Shown here: piece by piece, positions 1 to 7,192 of the stretch
Layout of the letters: each line of letters begins with the position of its first letter
Numbering within the stretch: the first letter of the stretch is position 1
Source of the DNA: Gammaproteobacteria bacterium
GTDB lineage: Bacteria; Pseudomonadota; Gammaproteobacteria; SZUA-152
Length of the DNA stretch: 35,936 bases
Assembly: GCA_050117455.1 (NCBI GenBank)
Contig: JASFMT010000001.1
Span: 1 to 35,936 of the forward strand
Reading direction: 5' to 3'
Translations under genes and position numbers: made by a program
The notes under the pieces: model-generated
Database searches by the model: none
The model's input: only the letters and a program-made list of their open reading frames with translations
Told to the model about the DNA's origin: nothing

Positions 1-59
1 AAAACTGAATAATGCGTTTTTCATTACGTCTCACTTCAATGGGTTTTAACAAATTCGTG

Positions 60-278
60 TCATAATACAGGACAACTTCCAGGACTAAAGTGCAGGTTAA
101 ATGCCATTTGCGGGACGATTTTTACAGATGGCGCTGGATTCATTGATGGCTCACTGGTGTAAGTTGCACACGGATCAACCCGACTGATTAATGCCACAGA
201 TCCGTAATTACGCTGCACCGGGTTTCGTTTTAATCCCGGTAAACTGTAGGGCTTAAGTTGCAGTGGATCAATACCCAT
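60..278 (-). CDS. hypothetical small protein (72 aa), doubtful
   Basis: ORF from the supplied track. No recognisable motif and no clear Shine-Dalgarno (upstream is TTATATAA). It lies in 380 nt otherwise unassigned at the window edge. Confidence 0.2.
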   Translation of the reverse strand: MGIDPLQLKPYSLPGLKRNPVQRNYGSVALISRVDPCATYTSEPSMNPAPSVKIVPQMAFNLHFSPGSCPVL

Positions 279-379
279 TTATATAATTCGAGTCCGGGTA
301 ATATTCAGGCAGAATGCAATGCGGGTAACCTGTAGTATGGACAGTTTCCCACGTGAACCTGTGTTCGTTCTTTTATTAA

Positions 380-1891
380 TTGACTAACAGACTATTTTCC
401 AACATTGAGCCTTATTACTGCAACGTGTCCCAGACCCATCAAAAACAGCAACTCATTAATGAGTTAAAATGTCTTCTGCCGGAGAGCGCCGTGCTGGACT
501 CTGAAGAGGACCTGCGCCCTTACGAATGTGACGGCCTGTCCGCATACCGTGAATTACCCATGGTGGTGGTATTACCCGAAACCGTAGAGCAAGTACAGTC
601 CATTGTCACGTGTTGTGCTGCAATGAACGTCCCCGTTGTGGCCCGGGGCGCCGGCACCGGGTTATCCGGTGGCGCATTGCCGCTGTCCAACGGTGTGTTA
701 CTAAGTCTGGGGAAATTCAATGCTATTCTGGATATCGACCAACTGAACCGTACCGCCCGTGTGCAACCGGGTGTGCGCAACCTCGCTATCTCCGAAGCCG
801 TCGCACCGTATGGACTGTATTATGCGCCGGACCCGTCATCGCAAATTGCCTGTTCCATCGGCGGTAACGTGGCGGAAAATTCCGGCGGTGTGCATTGCCT
901 GAAATATGGTCTGACCGTACACAATATCCAGCAACTAAAAATTGTCACCATCGACGGGGAGTTGATGACCATTGGCGGCAGTGGATTTGATGCGGCGGGC
1001 TACGATTTGCTGGCATTAATGACCGGTTCCGAAGGGATGCTCGGCATCATCGTGGAAATCACCGTGAAACTGCTGCCCAGGCCGGAGTTTGCGCAAGTTG
1101 TGCTGGCCGCGTTTGATGATGTGGTGAAAGCAGGCCGCGCGGTGGGTAATATCATCGCGGCCGGTATCGTGCCGGCGGGTCTTGAAATGATGGACAATCC
1201 TTCCATTCGTGCCAGTGAAGCATTCGTCCATGCCGGTTATCCCGTGGATGCCGCGGCCATTTTATTATGTGAACTTGATGGCAGTGAAGCGGATGTTGAG
1301 GAGCAGATCGCCAAAGTGAATAACGAGTTAGAACAGGAAGGCGCAACACAGATCCGTGTTTCCGCCAGTGACGAGGAACGGGAAATCATGTGGAAGGGGC
1401 GCAAAGCGGCTTTTCCTGCCGTGGGCCGTATATCGCCGGATTACTATTGCATGGATGGCACTATTCCCCGCCGCCAATTGCCGCACGTGTTACAGCGTAT
1501 TAGTGAACTGTCCGAAGAATTTGGTTTGCCGGTGGCTAATGTATTTCACGCCGGTGATGGCAATCTGCATCCGTTGATTCTTTACGATGCCAACCAGGAT
1601 GGTGAGTTGCATAAGGCCGAAGAGCTGGGTGGCAGGATTCTGGAACTTTGTGTCGAAGTCGGCGGCACTATTACCGGTGAACATGGTGTCGGTATCGAAA
1701 AGATCAACCAGATGTGTGTGCAGTTTTCACCGCTGGCGTTACAACAGTTTCATGCAATCAAGGACGCGTTTGATGAAAAGCAGTTGCTAAATCCCGGCAA
1801 AGCGGTTCCCACCCTGCATCGTTGCGCGGAGTTCGGCGCTATGCATGTCCATGGCGGCAAGCTGCCGTTTCCTGAGCTGGAACGGTTTTGA
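380..1891 (+). CDS. glcD: glycolate oxidase FAD-linked subunit GlcD
   Basis: 503-aa ORF with a TTG start; there is no in-frame ATG before the FAD domain. Near-colinear with E. coli GlcD as I remember it: PYECDGLSAYR, RGAGTGLSGGA, YYAPDPSSQIACSIGGNVAENSGGVHCLKYGLTVHN, and the C-terminal PTLHRCAEFGAMHVHGGKLPFPELERF. Confidence 0.93.
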   Translation: MTNRLFSNIEPYYCNVSQTHQKQQLINELKCLLPESAVLDSEEDLRPYECDGLSAYRELPMVVVLPETVEQVQSIVTCCAAMNVPVVARGAGTGLSGGALPLSNGVLLSLGKFNAILDIDQLNRTARVQPGVRNLAISEAVAPYGLYYAPDPSSQIACSIGGNVAENSGGVHCLKYGLTVHNIQQLKIVTIDGELMTIGGSGFDAAGYDLLALMTGSEGMLGIIVEITVKLLPRPEFAQVVLAAFDDVVKAGRAVGNIIAAGIVPAGLEMMDNPSIRASEAFVHAGYPVDAAAILLCELDGSEADVEEQIAKVNNELEQEGATQIRVSASDEEREIMWKGRKAAFPAVGRISPDYYCMDGTIPRRQLPHVLQRISELSEEFGLPVANVFHAGDGNLHPLILYDANQDGELHKAEELGGRILELCVEVGGTITGEHGVGIEKINQMCVQFSPLALQQFHAIKDAFDEKQLLNPGKAVPTLHRCAEFGAMHVHGGKLPFPELERF

Positions 1892-1901
1892 TGGTGTTGT
1901 C

Positions 1902-2975
1902 GTGAGCGATATTTCCCAGCAACTACAATCCCGGGTTGAGCGGGCGTACCGGGAAAAAACACCATTGGTGATCCAGGGGGGGGATTCAAAGTCCTTTTAT
2001 GGCAATCCCTGTGATGGCGAACCGCTGTCCGTCGGCGAGCACAAAGGTATCGTGGAATACGAACCCAAGGAACTGGTTGTCACGGTACGCGCCGGCACCC
2101 CTTTGCAGGAATTAAAGCAGATCCTCGCTGATGAAGGCCAGATGCTGGCCTTTGAACCACCCGCCTTTGGCGATGGTGCGACCATTGGCGGCACCATTGC
2201 CTGTGGTTTTTCCGGGCCCCGCCGCCCGTTTGCCGGCAGTGCGCGTGACTTTATGCTGGGTTGCAAAGTATTAACCGGCAAAGGGGAGGTGATCGACTTT
2301 GGTGGCAAGGTAATCAAGAATGTCGCCGGTTACGATGTCTCCCGCTTAATGACCGGTGCGTTGGGGACGCTTGGGGTATTGCTGGAAGTGTCGTTAAAGG
2401 TATTGCCGGTGCCGGAGGTTGAAATGACCCTTGTCATGCCCTCGCATGTTAACGAATCCCTTGATGTCATGAACGCCCGTGCCGGCCAGCCGGTGCCATT
2501 AACGGCGGCCTGTTACGATGGCGAAGCGGTGCTTATGCGATTATCAGGGACCGAAAGTGGTATTAAGGACGCGCGCCGGAAAATTGCCGGCGATGAATTG
2601 AAAATGGGCGCGGATTTCTGGCGGCAGTTAAATGAACAGGAACACTTTTTCTTTGGTGACGATATGCCGTTATGGCGGTTATCGTTGGCGCCGGCAGCGT
2701 TGCACCTGGGTATTCCCGGCAGTTGGTTGTTTGACTGGGGTGGCGCCTTGCGCTGGCTGAAAACCGATTTGCCGCCGTCCGATGTGCGTGATGCGGTAGC
2801 GGCGGAAGGAGGTCATGCCACGTTGTTTCGCCATCGCGAGTACTGGGGACAGGAATCTTGCAACGTTTTTCATCCGTTGCCGGCTCCCTTGATGAGCATT
2901 CATCAAAAATTAAAACACGCCTTTGACCCGGAAAAAATTCTTAATCGCCATCGCTTTTATGAGGATGTCGTGTAA
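1902..2975 (+). CDS. glcE: glycolate oxidase FAD-binding subunit GlcE
   Basis: The track ORF is 1845-2975, but its first 19 codons overlap glcD. The in-frame GTG at 1902, just after the glcD stop (1889-1891), gives an N-terminus (VSDISQQLQSRVERAYREKTPLVIQGGDSKSF) colinear with E. coli GlcE (KTPLVIQGSNSKAF). It sits between glcD and glcF. Confidence 0.88.
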   Translation: MSDISQQLQSRVERAYREKTPLVIQGGDSKSFYGNPCDGEPLSVGEHKGIVEYEPKELVVTVRAGTPLQELKQILADEGQMLAFEPPAFGDGATIGGTIACGFSGPRRPFAGSARDFMLGCKVLTGKGEVIDFGGKVIKNVAGYDVSRLMTGALGTLGVLLEVSLKVLPVPEVEMTLVMPSHVNESLDVMNARAGQPVPLTAACYDGEAVLMRLSGTESGIKDARRKIAGDELKMGADFWRQLNEQEHFFFGDDMPLWRLSLAPAALHLGIPGSWLFDWGGALRWLKTDLPPSDVRDAVAAEGGHATLFRHREYWGQESCNVFHPLPAPLMSIHQKLKHAFDPEKILNRHRFYEDVV

Positions 2976-4195
2976 TGCGCACGGCGTTCGTCAAACCCTA
3001 TAGCGAATCAGAACAGGGCGAGATCGCCAACGATATCCTGCGCCGTTGCGTGCATTGCGGATTTTGCAACGCCACCTGTCCCACCTATCAATTACTGGGC
3101 GATGAACTGGATGGACCGCGGGGGCGAATCTATCTGATCAAGCAAATGCTGGAAGGCAAAGAGGTGAGTGAAAAATCGCAGTTGCACCTTGACCGTTGCC
3201 TCATTTGCCGCGCCTGCGAAACCACTTGCCCATCCGGCGTGGAATATTCGAAGTTACTGGAAATCGGCCAGGAACTGGTGGAACAAAAAGTCGAGCGTAG
3301 TTTCTGGCAACGGACGAAGCGTTCGGTATTTAACAAGGTACTGCCCAATATTCAGCAGTATCGCTGGTTACTGGCGGTGGGGCGCTGGTTCAAATTTATG
3401 ATTCCCGGTCATCTGGAATCCGGCCTGCAGGTAAAAAAACCCCGGTTGGCATTTCCGTCCGCTACCCATCAAAAGAAAATGTTGTTGTTAAAAGGTTGCG
3501 TGCAGTCGCAACTGGCTCCGGATATTAACAGAGCCGCCGCGCAGGTGGCGGATCGGCTGGGTGTGACGTTGATGGAAGAAAGTGCCGATAATGTTTGTTG
3601 CGGTGCCCTCAGTCAGCATCTGGCAAAAACAGATGATGCACAACAAACGATGCGTGACAATATTGACCGCTGGTGGCCACAAATCGAGGAAGGTATCGAC
3701 GGCATTGTGGTGACAGCCAGCGGCTGCGCGCCCCATGTCAAACATTACGGTTACCTGCTGCGTCATGATTCGGCGTATGCGAAAAAAGCGCAGCGGGTCT
3801 CCGAACTGGCGCAGGATCTCAGTGAAACCATAACCGGTCTGGATACCGGTGCGTTAACGCCGTTAGAGCAAGCCAAAAAAGTGGCCTTTCATTCGCCGTG
3901 CACGTTGCAACATGGCCAGAAACTGGTGGATGTTGTGGAGCCGCTACTGCAACAACTGGGCTATCAGTTAACACCGGTTGCCGATGCGCATTTGTGCTGT
4001 GGCGCCGCGGGAACTTACACCTTGTTGCAAAAAGAGATTTCTGAACAATTGCTGATAAATAAAATCACTGCCCTGGAGAAAAACCAGCCGCAGGTTATCG
4101 CTACCGCCAATATCGGCTGCCTGAAGCATTTGCAGCGCGATGCCTCGGTGCCGGTGAAACACTGGGTGGAACTGCTGGCGGAAAACAATTTATGA
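2975..4195 (+). CDS. glcF: glycolate oxidase iron-sulfur subunit GlcF
   Basis: 406 aa. Two 4Fe-4S ferredoxin motifs (CVHCGFCNATCP, CLICRACETTCP) are followed by cysteine-rich CCG-type repeats (CCGA...SGC; CCGAAGTY). The ATG overlaps the glcE stop (TAATG). Confidence 0.92.
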   Translation: MRTAFVKPYSESEQGEIANDILRRCVHCGFCNATCPTYQLLGDELDGPRGRIYLIKQMLEGKEVSEKSQLHLDRCLICRACETTCPSGVEYSKLLEIGQELVEQKVERSFWQRTKRSVFNKVLPNIQQYRWLLAVGRWFKFMIPGHLESGLQVKKPRLAFPSATHQKKMLLLKGCVQSQLAPDINRAAAQVADRLGVTLMEESADNVCCGALSQHLAKTDDAQQTMRDNIDRWWPQIEEGIDGIVVTASGCAPHVKHYGYLLRHDSAYAKKAQRVSELAQDLSETITGLDTGALTPLEQAKKVAFHSPCTLQHGQKLVDVVEPLLQQLGYQLTPVADAHLCCGAAGTYTLLQKEISEQLLINKITALEKNQPQVIATANIGCLKHLQRDASVPVKHWVELLAENNL

Positions 4196-4218
4196 CAATT
4201 GGCACAGGTTTTACGCGG

Positions 4219-4248
4219 TTGATCGTGATAAAGTAACCCTTTTATACT
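4219..4248 (+). promoter_or_regulatory. candidate sigma-70 promoter for the aminotransferase gene
   Basis: TTGATC (4219-4224), 18-nt spacer, TATACT (4243-4248), about 45 nt upstream of the ATG at 4292. Motif match only. Confidence 0.3.
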
Positions 4249-4291
4249 ACGCGACTATTTTTCAATCCATAATCCTAAGTGAGACGTTAGC

Positions 4292-5476
4292 ATGTCGAAA
4301 ACTTCATTTATTCCACCGGTACGCACCCTGATGGGGCCGGGACCCTCCGATGTCCATCCCCGTATCCTGAGCGCCATGGCGCGGCCTACCATCGGGCACC
4401 TGGACCCGGTATTTGTCGCCATGATGGACGACATGAAGGAAATGCTCCAGTACGCCTTTAAAACCCAAAACCAGCTGACTATTCCCGTCTCGGCACCGGG
4501 TTCCGCCGGCATGGAAACCTGTTTCGTTAACCTGGTGGAACCGGAAGACAAGGTGATCATTTGTCAAAACGGCGTGTTTGGCGGGCGCATGAAAGAGAAC
4601 GTGGAGCGCATCGGCGCGACTGCGGTGATGGTGGAAGACGAATGGGGGGCAGCCGTGGACCCCGACAAGCTGCGTGATGCGTTAAAAGCCAATCCGGACG
4701 CTAAAATCGTCGCCTTTGTGCATGCGGAAACCTCCACCGGTGCGTGCTCAGACGCTCAACAACTGTGCGAGATAGCTCGTGAAAATGATTGCCTGACCAT
4801 TGTCGATGCGGTGACATCGCTGGGCGGCAGTCCACTGGAAGTGGATAACTGGGGTATCGACGCCATTTATTCCGGGACCCAAAAGTGTTTGTCCTGTACC
4901 CCCGGCCTGTCGCCGGTAAGCTTCAGCGAGCGCGCCATCGAAAAAATCAAGGGCCGCAGCAAGAAAGTGCAAAGCTGGTTCCTGGACCTTAACCTGGTCA
5001 TGGGTTACTGGGGCGGCGAAGGCAAGCGCGCCTATCACCATACCGCACCCATTAATGCACTCTACGGTTTGCATGAAGCGCTGGTTATGTTGCAGGAAGA
5101 AGGACTGGAAAATGCCTGGGCCCGTCACCAACGCAACCACAACATTTTACGCGCCGGTATCGAAGCCATGGGGCTGGAGTTTATCGTCAAGGAACAGGAC
5201 CGTTTGCCGCAACTCAACAGCGTTACTATTCCTCAGGGCGTCGACGAAGCGCTGGTCAGAAAGCGCTTGCTGGACGAATTTAACCTGGAAATCGGCGCAG
5301 GACTGGGCGCATTGGCCGGTAAAGTATGGCGTATCGGCTTGATGGGTTATGCCAGCCGTCCGGAAAATATCCTGTTGTGCCTCGGTGCACTGGATGCCAT
5401 TCTCACTGATTTGAAGGCACCTATTAACTCCGGTGTTGGTGTCAAAGCGGCTAATGAAGAAATGATGAAGAAATAA
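4292..5476 (+). CDS. class-V PLP aminotransferase, alanine/serine--glyoxylate aminotransferase family
   Basis: 394 aa. SGTQKCL is the PLP-lysine motif typical of the AGXT/SPT family, and there is an N-terminal GPGPSDVHPRIL segment. It lies directly downstream of glcDEF. Confidence 0.88.
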   Translation: MSKTSFIPPVRTLMGPGPSDVHPRILSAMARPTIGHLDPVFVAMMDDMKEMLQYAFKTQNQLTIPVSAPGSAGMETCFVNLVEPEDKVIICQNGVFGGRMKENVERIGATAVMVEDEWGAAVDPDKLRDALKANPDAKIVAFVHAETSTGACSDAQQLCEIARENDCLTIVDAVTSLGGSPLEVDNWGIDAIYSGTQKCLSCTPGLSPVSFSERAIEKIKGRSKKVQSWFLDLNLVMGYWGGEGKRAYHHTAPINALYGLHEALVMLQEEGLENAWARHQRNHNILRAGIEAMGLEFIVKEQDRLPQLNSVTIPQGVDEALVRKRLLDEFNLEIGAGLGALAGKVWRIGLMGYASRPENILLCLGALDAILTDLKAPINSGVGVKAANEEMMKK

Positions 5477-5482
5477 AAGACC

Positions 5483-5600
5483 TCAACGCAAAGGCGCAAA
5501 GGCGCAAAGGTTAAAAAACATATAAAAACCAAAAAGCGTATTGTTGCGTATAAAACTATAAAAATTTTAAGAACCTTCGCGTCCTTGCGTCTTTGCGTTA
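5483..5600. repeat. large inverted-repeat element built from GCGCAAAG-type units
   Basis: Left arm 5483-5512 is TCAACGCAAAGGCGCAAAGGCGCAAAGGTT. The right arm 5572-5599 is its reverse complement with 4 mismatches in 28 nt. The arms enclose a 59-nt AT-rich loop, and the element starts 7 nt after the aminotransferase stop. Confidence 0.8.
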
Positions 5601-5673
5601 AAAAATCCAGCATTGAAGATGCTCCCATAATAACTTTCCTTCCACGTATTAATAGACTGGCTCAGGAGTTTAC

Positions 5674-7005
5674 ATGACTGACCGGTTTTCCCACCATGGG
5701 CCGCACGGCAAGGTCTGGCGTATTGCCGCGCCGATGATTCTGTCCAACCTGACCGTGCCGTTACTGGGCATTGTTGATACCGCCGTGGTTGGCCATCTTG
5801 ACGAACCTCATCATATGGGGGCGGTGTCCGTGGGCGCGGCGATTTTCGGTATTGTGTTCTGGGGTTTTGGCTTTTTACGCATGGGTACTACCGGACTGAC
5901 CGCGCAGGCCTATGGTGAGAATAATAACGATGAGTTGCGCGCCACGCTGGCGCGAGCATTGTTGATTGCCGGTGTTATTGCTCTGGTGATCATTTTTCTG
6001 CAAATTCCCATCGCGTGGATTGCCTTTAATGTTATCCAGGGCAGTGAACTGGTGGAACAACATGGCCGGGTTTATTTCGATATTCGCATCTGGAGTGCTC
6101 CGGCCACGTTTATGAACTACGTGCTGCTGGGCTGGTTTCTCGGCCTGCAAAACGCCCGCTCGCCTTTGTACCTGCTGACGTTTGTCAACCTTGTTAATAT
6201 GCTGCTGGACTATTTATTTGTGATGGGGCTGGGGTATGGCGCAAACGGCGTGGCCTGGGCATCGCTGATCGCGGAGTATCTCGGGCTTGGCTTAGCGCTG
6301 TTGTTGGCAACGCAACAGTTAAAAAGGCATCCGGGCCGGCTGGGTCGGACGACGTTTTTCGATAAGCAGAAAATTAAGAAAATGCTGCTTATCAACACCG
6401 ATATTTTTATTCGCAATTTGTGCCTCATGTTTACCCTGGCTTTTTTTACGGCGCAGGGTGCTCGTTTTGGCGACGTGGTGCTGGCGGCCAATGCGATTTT
6501 ATTTAACCTGCAGACTTTTATGGCTTATGGACTGGACGGATTTGCCCACGCCGCAGAAGCACTGGTGGGTAAGGCAGTGGGCGCAAAAGATCGTGACAGT
6601 TATGTTGCTGCCATCAAAACCAGTACATGGTGGGCGCTCGTTACCAGTATTGTATTTGCAGCGGCGTATGGTTTACTGGGCGACTGGTTTGTGGCGCTAA
6701 TGACGGATATTGAAGCCGTACGCGATACGGCTGCCGTGTACTTGCCATGGGTTGTGCTGCTGCCCCTTGTTTCTATCTGGAGTTTTATGTTCGATGGCAT
6801 ATACGTAGGCACCACGCGTGCCGCGGAGATGCGCAACACCATGCTATTTTCCACCGTTTTCATATTCTTACCGTTCTGGTACCTGTTACTTCCCTTGCAG
6901 AACCACGGACTTTGGATGGCGTTTGTGTTATTTATGGTTGCTCGCGCGGGCAGTATGGCGTTGTTATTTCGGGCAATTACGTCGCGTTCCGGCATTAAAT
7001 TGTAA
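5674..7005 (+). CDS. dinF: MATE family efflux transporter, DinF type
   Basis: 443 aa, polytopic and hydrophobic. The N-terminus WRIAAPMILSNLTVPLLGIVDTAVVGHL...LRMGTTGLTAQAYG closely parallels E. coli DinF (WRLALPMIFSNITVPLLGLVDTAVIGHL...LRMSTTGLTAQAFG). Confidence 0.88.
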   Translation: MTDRFSHHGPHGKVWRIAAPMILSNLTVPLLGIVDTAVVGHLDEPHHMGAVSVGAAIFGIVFWGFGFLRMGTTGLTAQAYGENNNDELRATLARALLIAGVIALVIIFLQIPIAWIAFNVIQGSELVEQHGRVYFDIRIWSAPATFMNYVLLGWFLGLQNARSPLYLLTFVNLVNMLLDYLFVMGLGYGANGVAWASLIAEYLGLGLALLLATQQLKRHPGRLGRTTFFDKQKIKKMLLINTDIFIRNLCLMFTLAFFTAQGARFGDVVLAANAILFNLQTFMAYGLDGFAHAAEALVGKAVGAKDRDSYVAAIKTSTWWALVTSIVFAAAYGLLGDWFVALMTDIEAVRDTAAVYLPWVVLLPLVSIWSFMFDGIYVGTTRAAEMRNTMLFSTVFIFLPFWYLLLPLQNHGLWMAFVLFMVARAGSMALLFRAITSRSGIKL

Positions 7006-7008
7006 GCG

Positions 7009-7046
7009 CGTTCAATTTCTCCAACGAAATTAACGGTTTACTTTGT
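7009..7046 (+). terminator. possible intrinsic terminator after dinF
   Basis: CGTTCAATTTC (7009-7019) pairs with GAAATTAACG (7026-7035), giving a 10-bp stem with one bulged C. A T-rich GTTTACTTTG tail follows. Confidence 0.35.
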
Positions 7047-7066
7047 ATAAATAGTAACCATATAAT
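7038..7066 (+). promoter_or_regulatory. candidate promoter of the receptor/signalling cluster
   Basis: Perfect TATAAT at 7061-7066, but a poor -35 (TTACTT at 7038-7043). It would give a leader of about 120 nt before the ATG at 7193. Confidence 0.3.
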
Positions 7067-7192
7067 GAAAAACACTAGAGGGGCCACTACGCTTACACAA
7101 ATACCGGGGCAATATCGTCATTAGCCGTTTCCTGCCATGGAATCACAACACTTCAACGTATTGCGAAGTGACAATCAACGGGTAACTCAATA

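Noticed and set aside
1-24. Possible 5' end of a minus-strand gene (ATG at 24-22, reading MKNALFSF...) leaving the window.
   Set aside because: Only 8 codons are visible, so it cannot be supported or identified. It is noted only because it would make the 72-aa ORF at 60-278 the upstream gene of a pair.
1845-1901. ATG at 1845 as the glcE start, a 47-nt overlap with glcD.
   Set aside because: These residues overlap the highly conserved GlcD C-terminus in another frame. GTG 1902 gives an N-terminus colinear with E. coli GlcE. The true start remains uncertain.
4200-4215. Sigma-54-like promoter TGGCAC-N5-TTAC upstream of the aminotransferase gene.
   Set aside because: The -12 element reads TTAC instead of TTGC, so the nearly invariant G of the GC dinucleotide is missing. 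No enhancer-binding-protein sites were recognised.
5347-5628. 93-aa minus-strand ORF spanning the aminotransferase 3' end and the inverted-repeat element (contains FAPLRLCVEVF).
   Set aside because: Much of the ORF is simply the translated GCGCAAAG repeat and its AT-rich loop, and the rest overlaps the aminotransferase gene. This is a typical repeat-derived spurious ORF.
7067-7192. Possible cobalamin riboswitch or Fur box in the leader of the TonB-dependent receptor gene (GCCACT-like motif at about 7084; AT-rich stretch around 7045-7070).
   Set aside because: The leader is too short. It lacks the conserved B12-box and GGTGAAA-type core elements that I can recognise. The AT-rich stretch aligns poorly with the GATAATGATAATCATTATC Fur consensus. 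Only a small hairpin (CACTTC...GAAGTG at about 7150-7171) is present.
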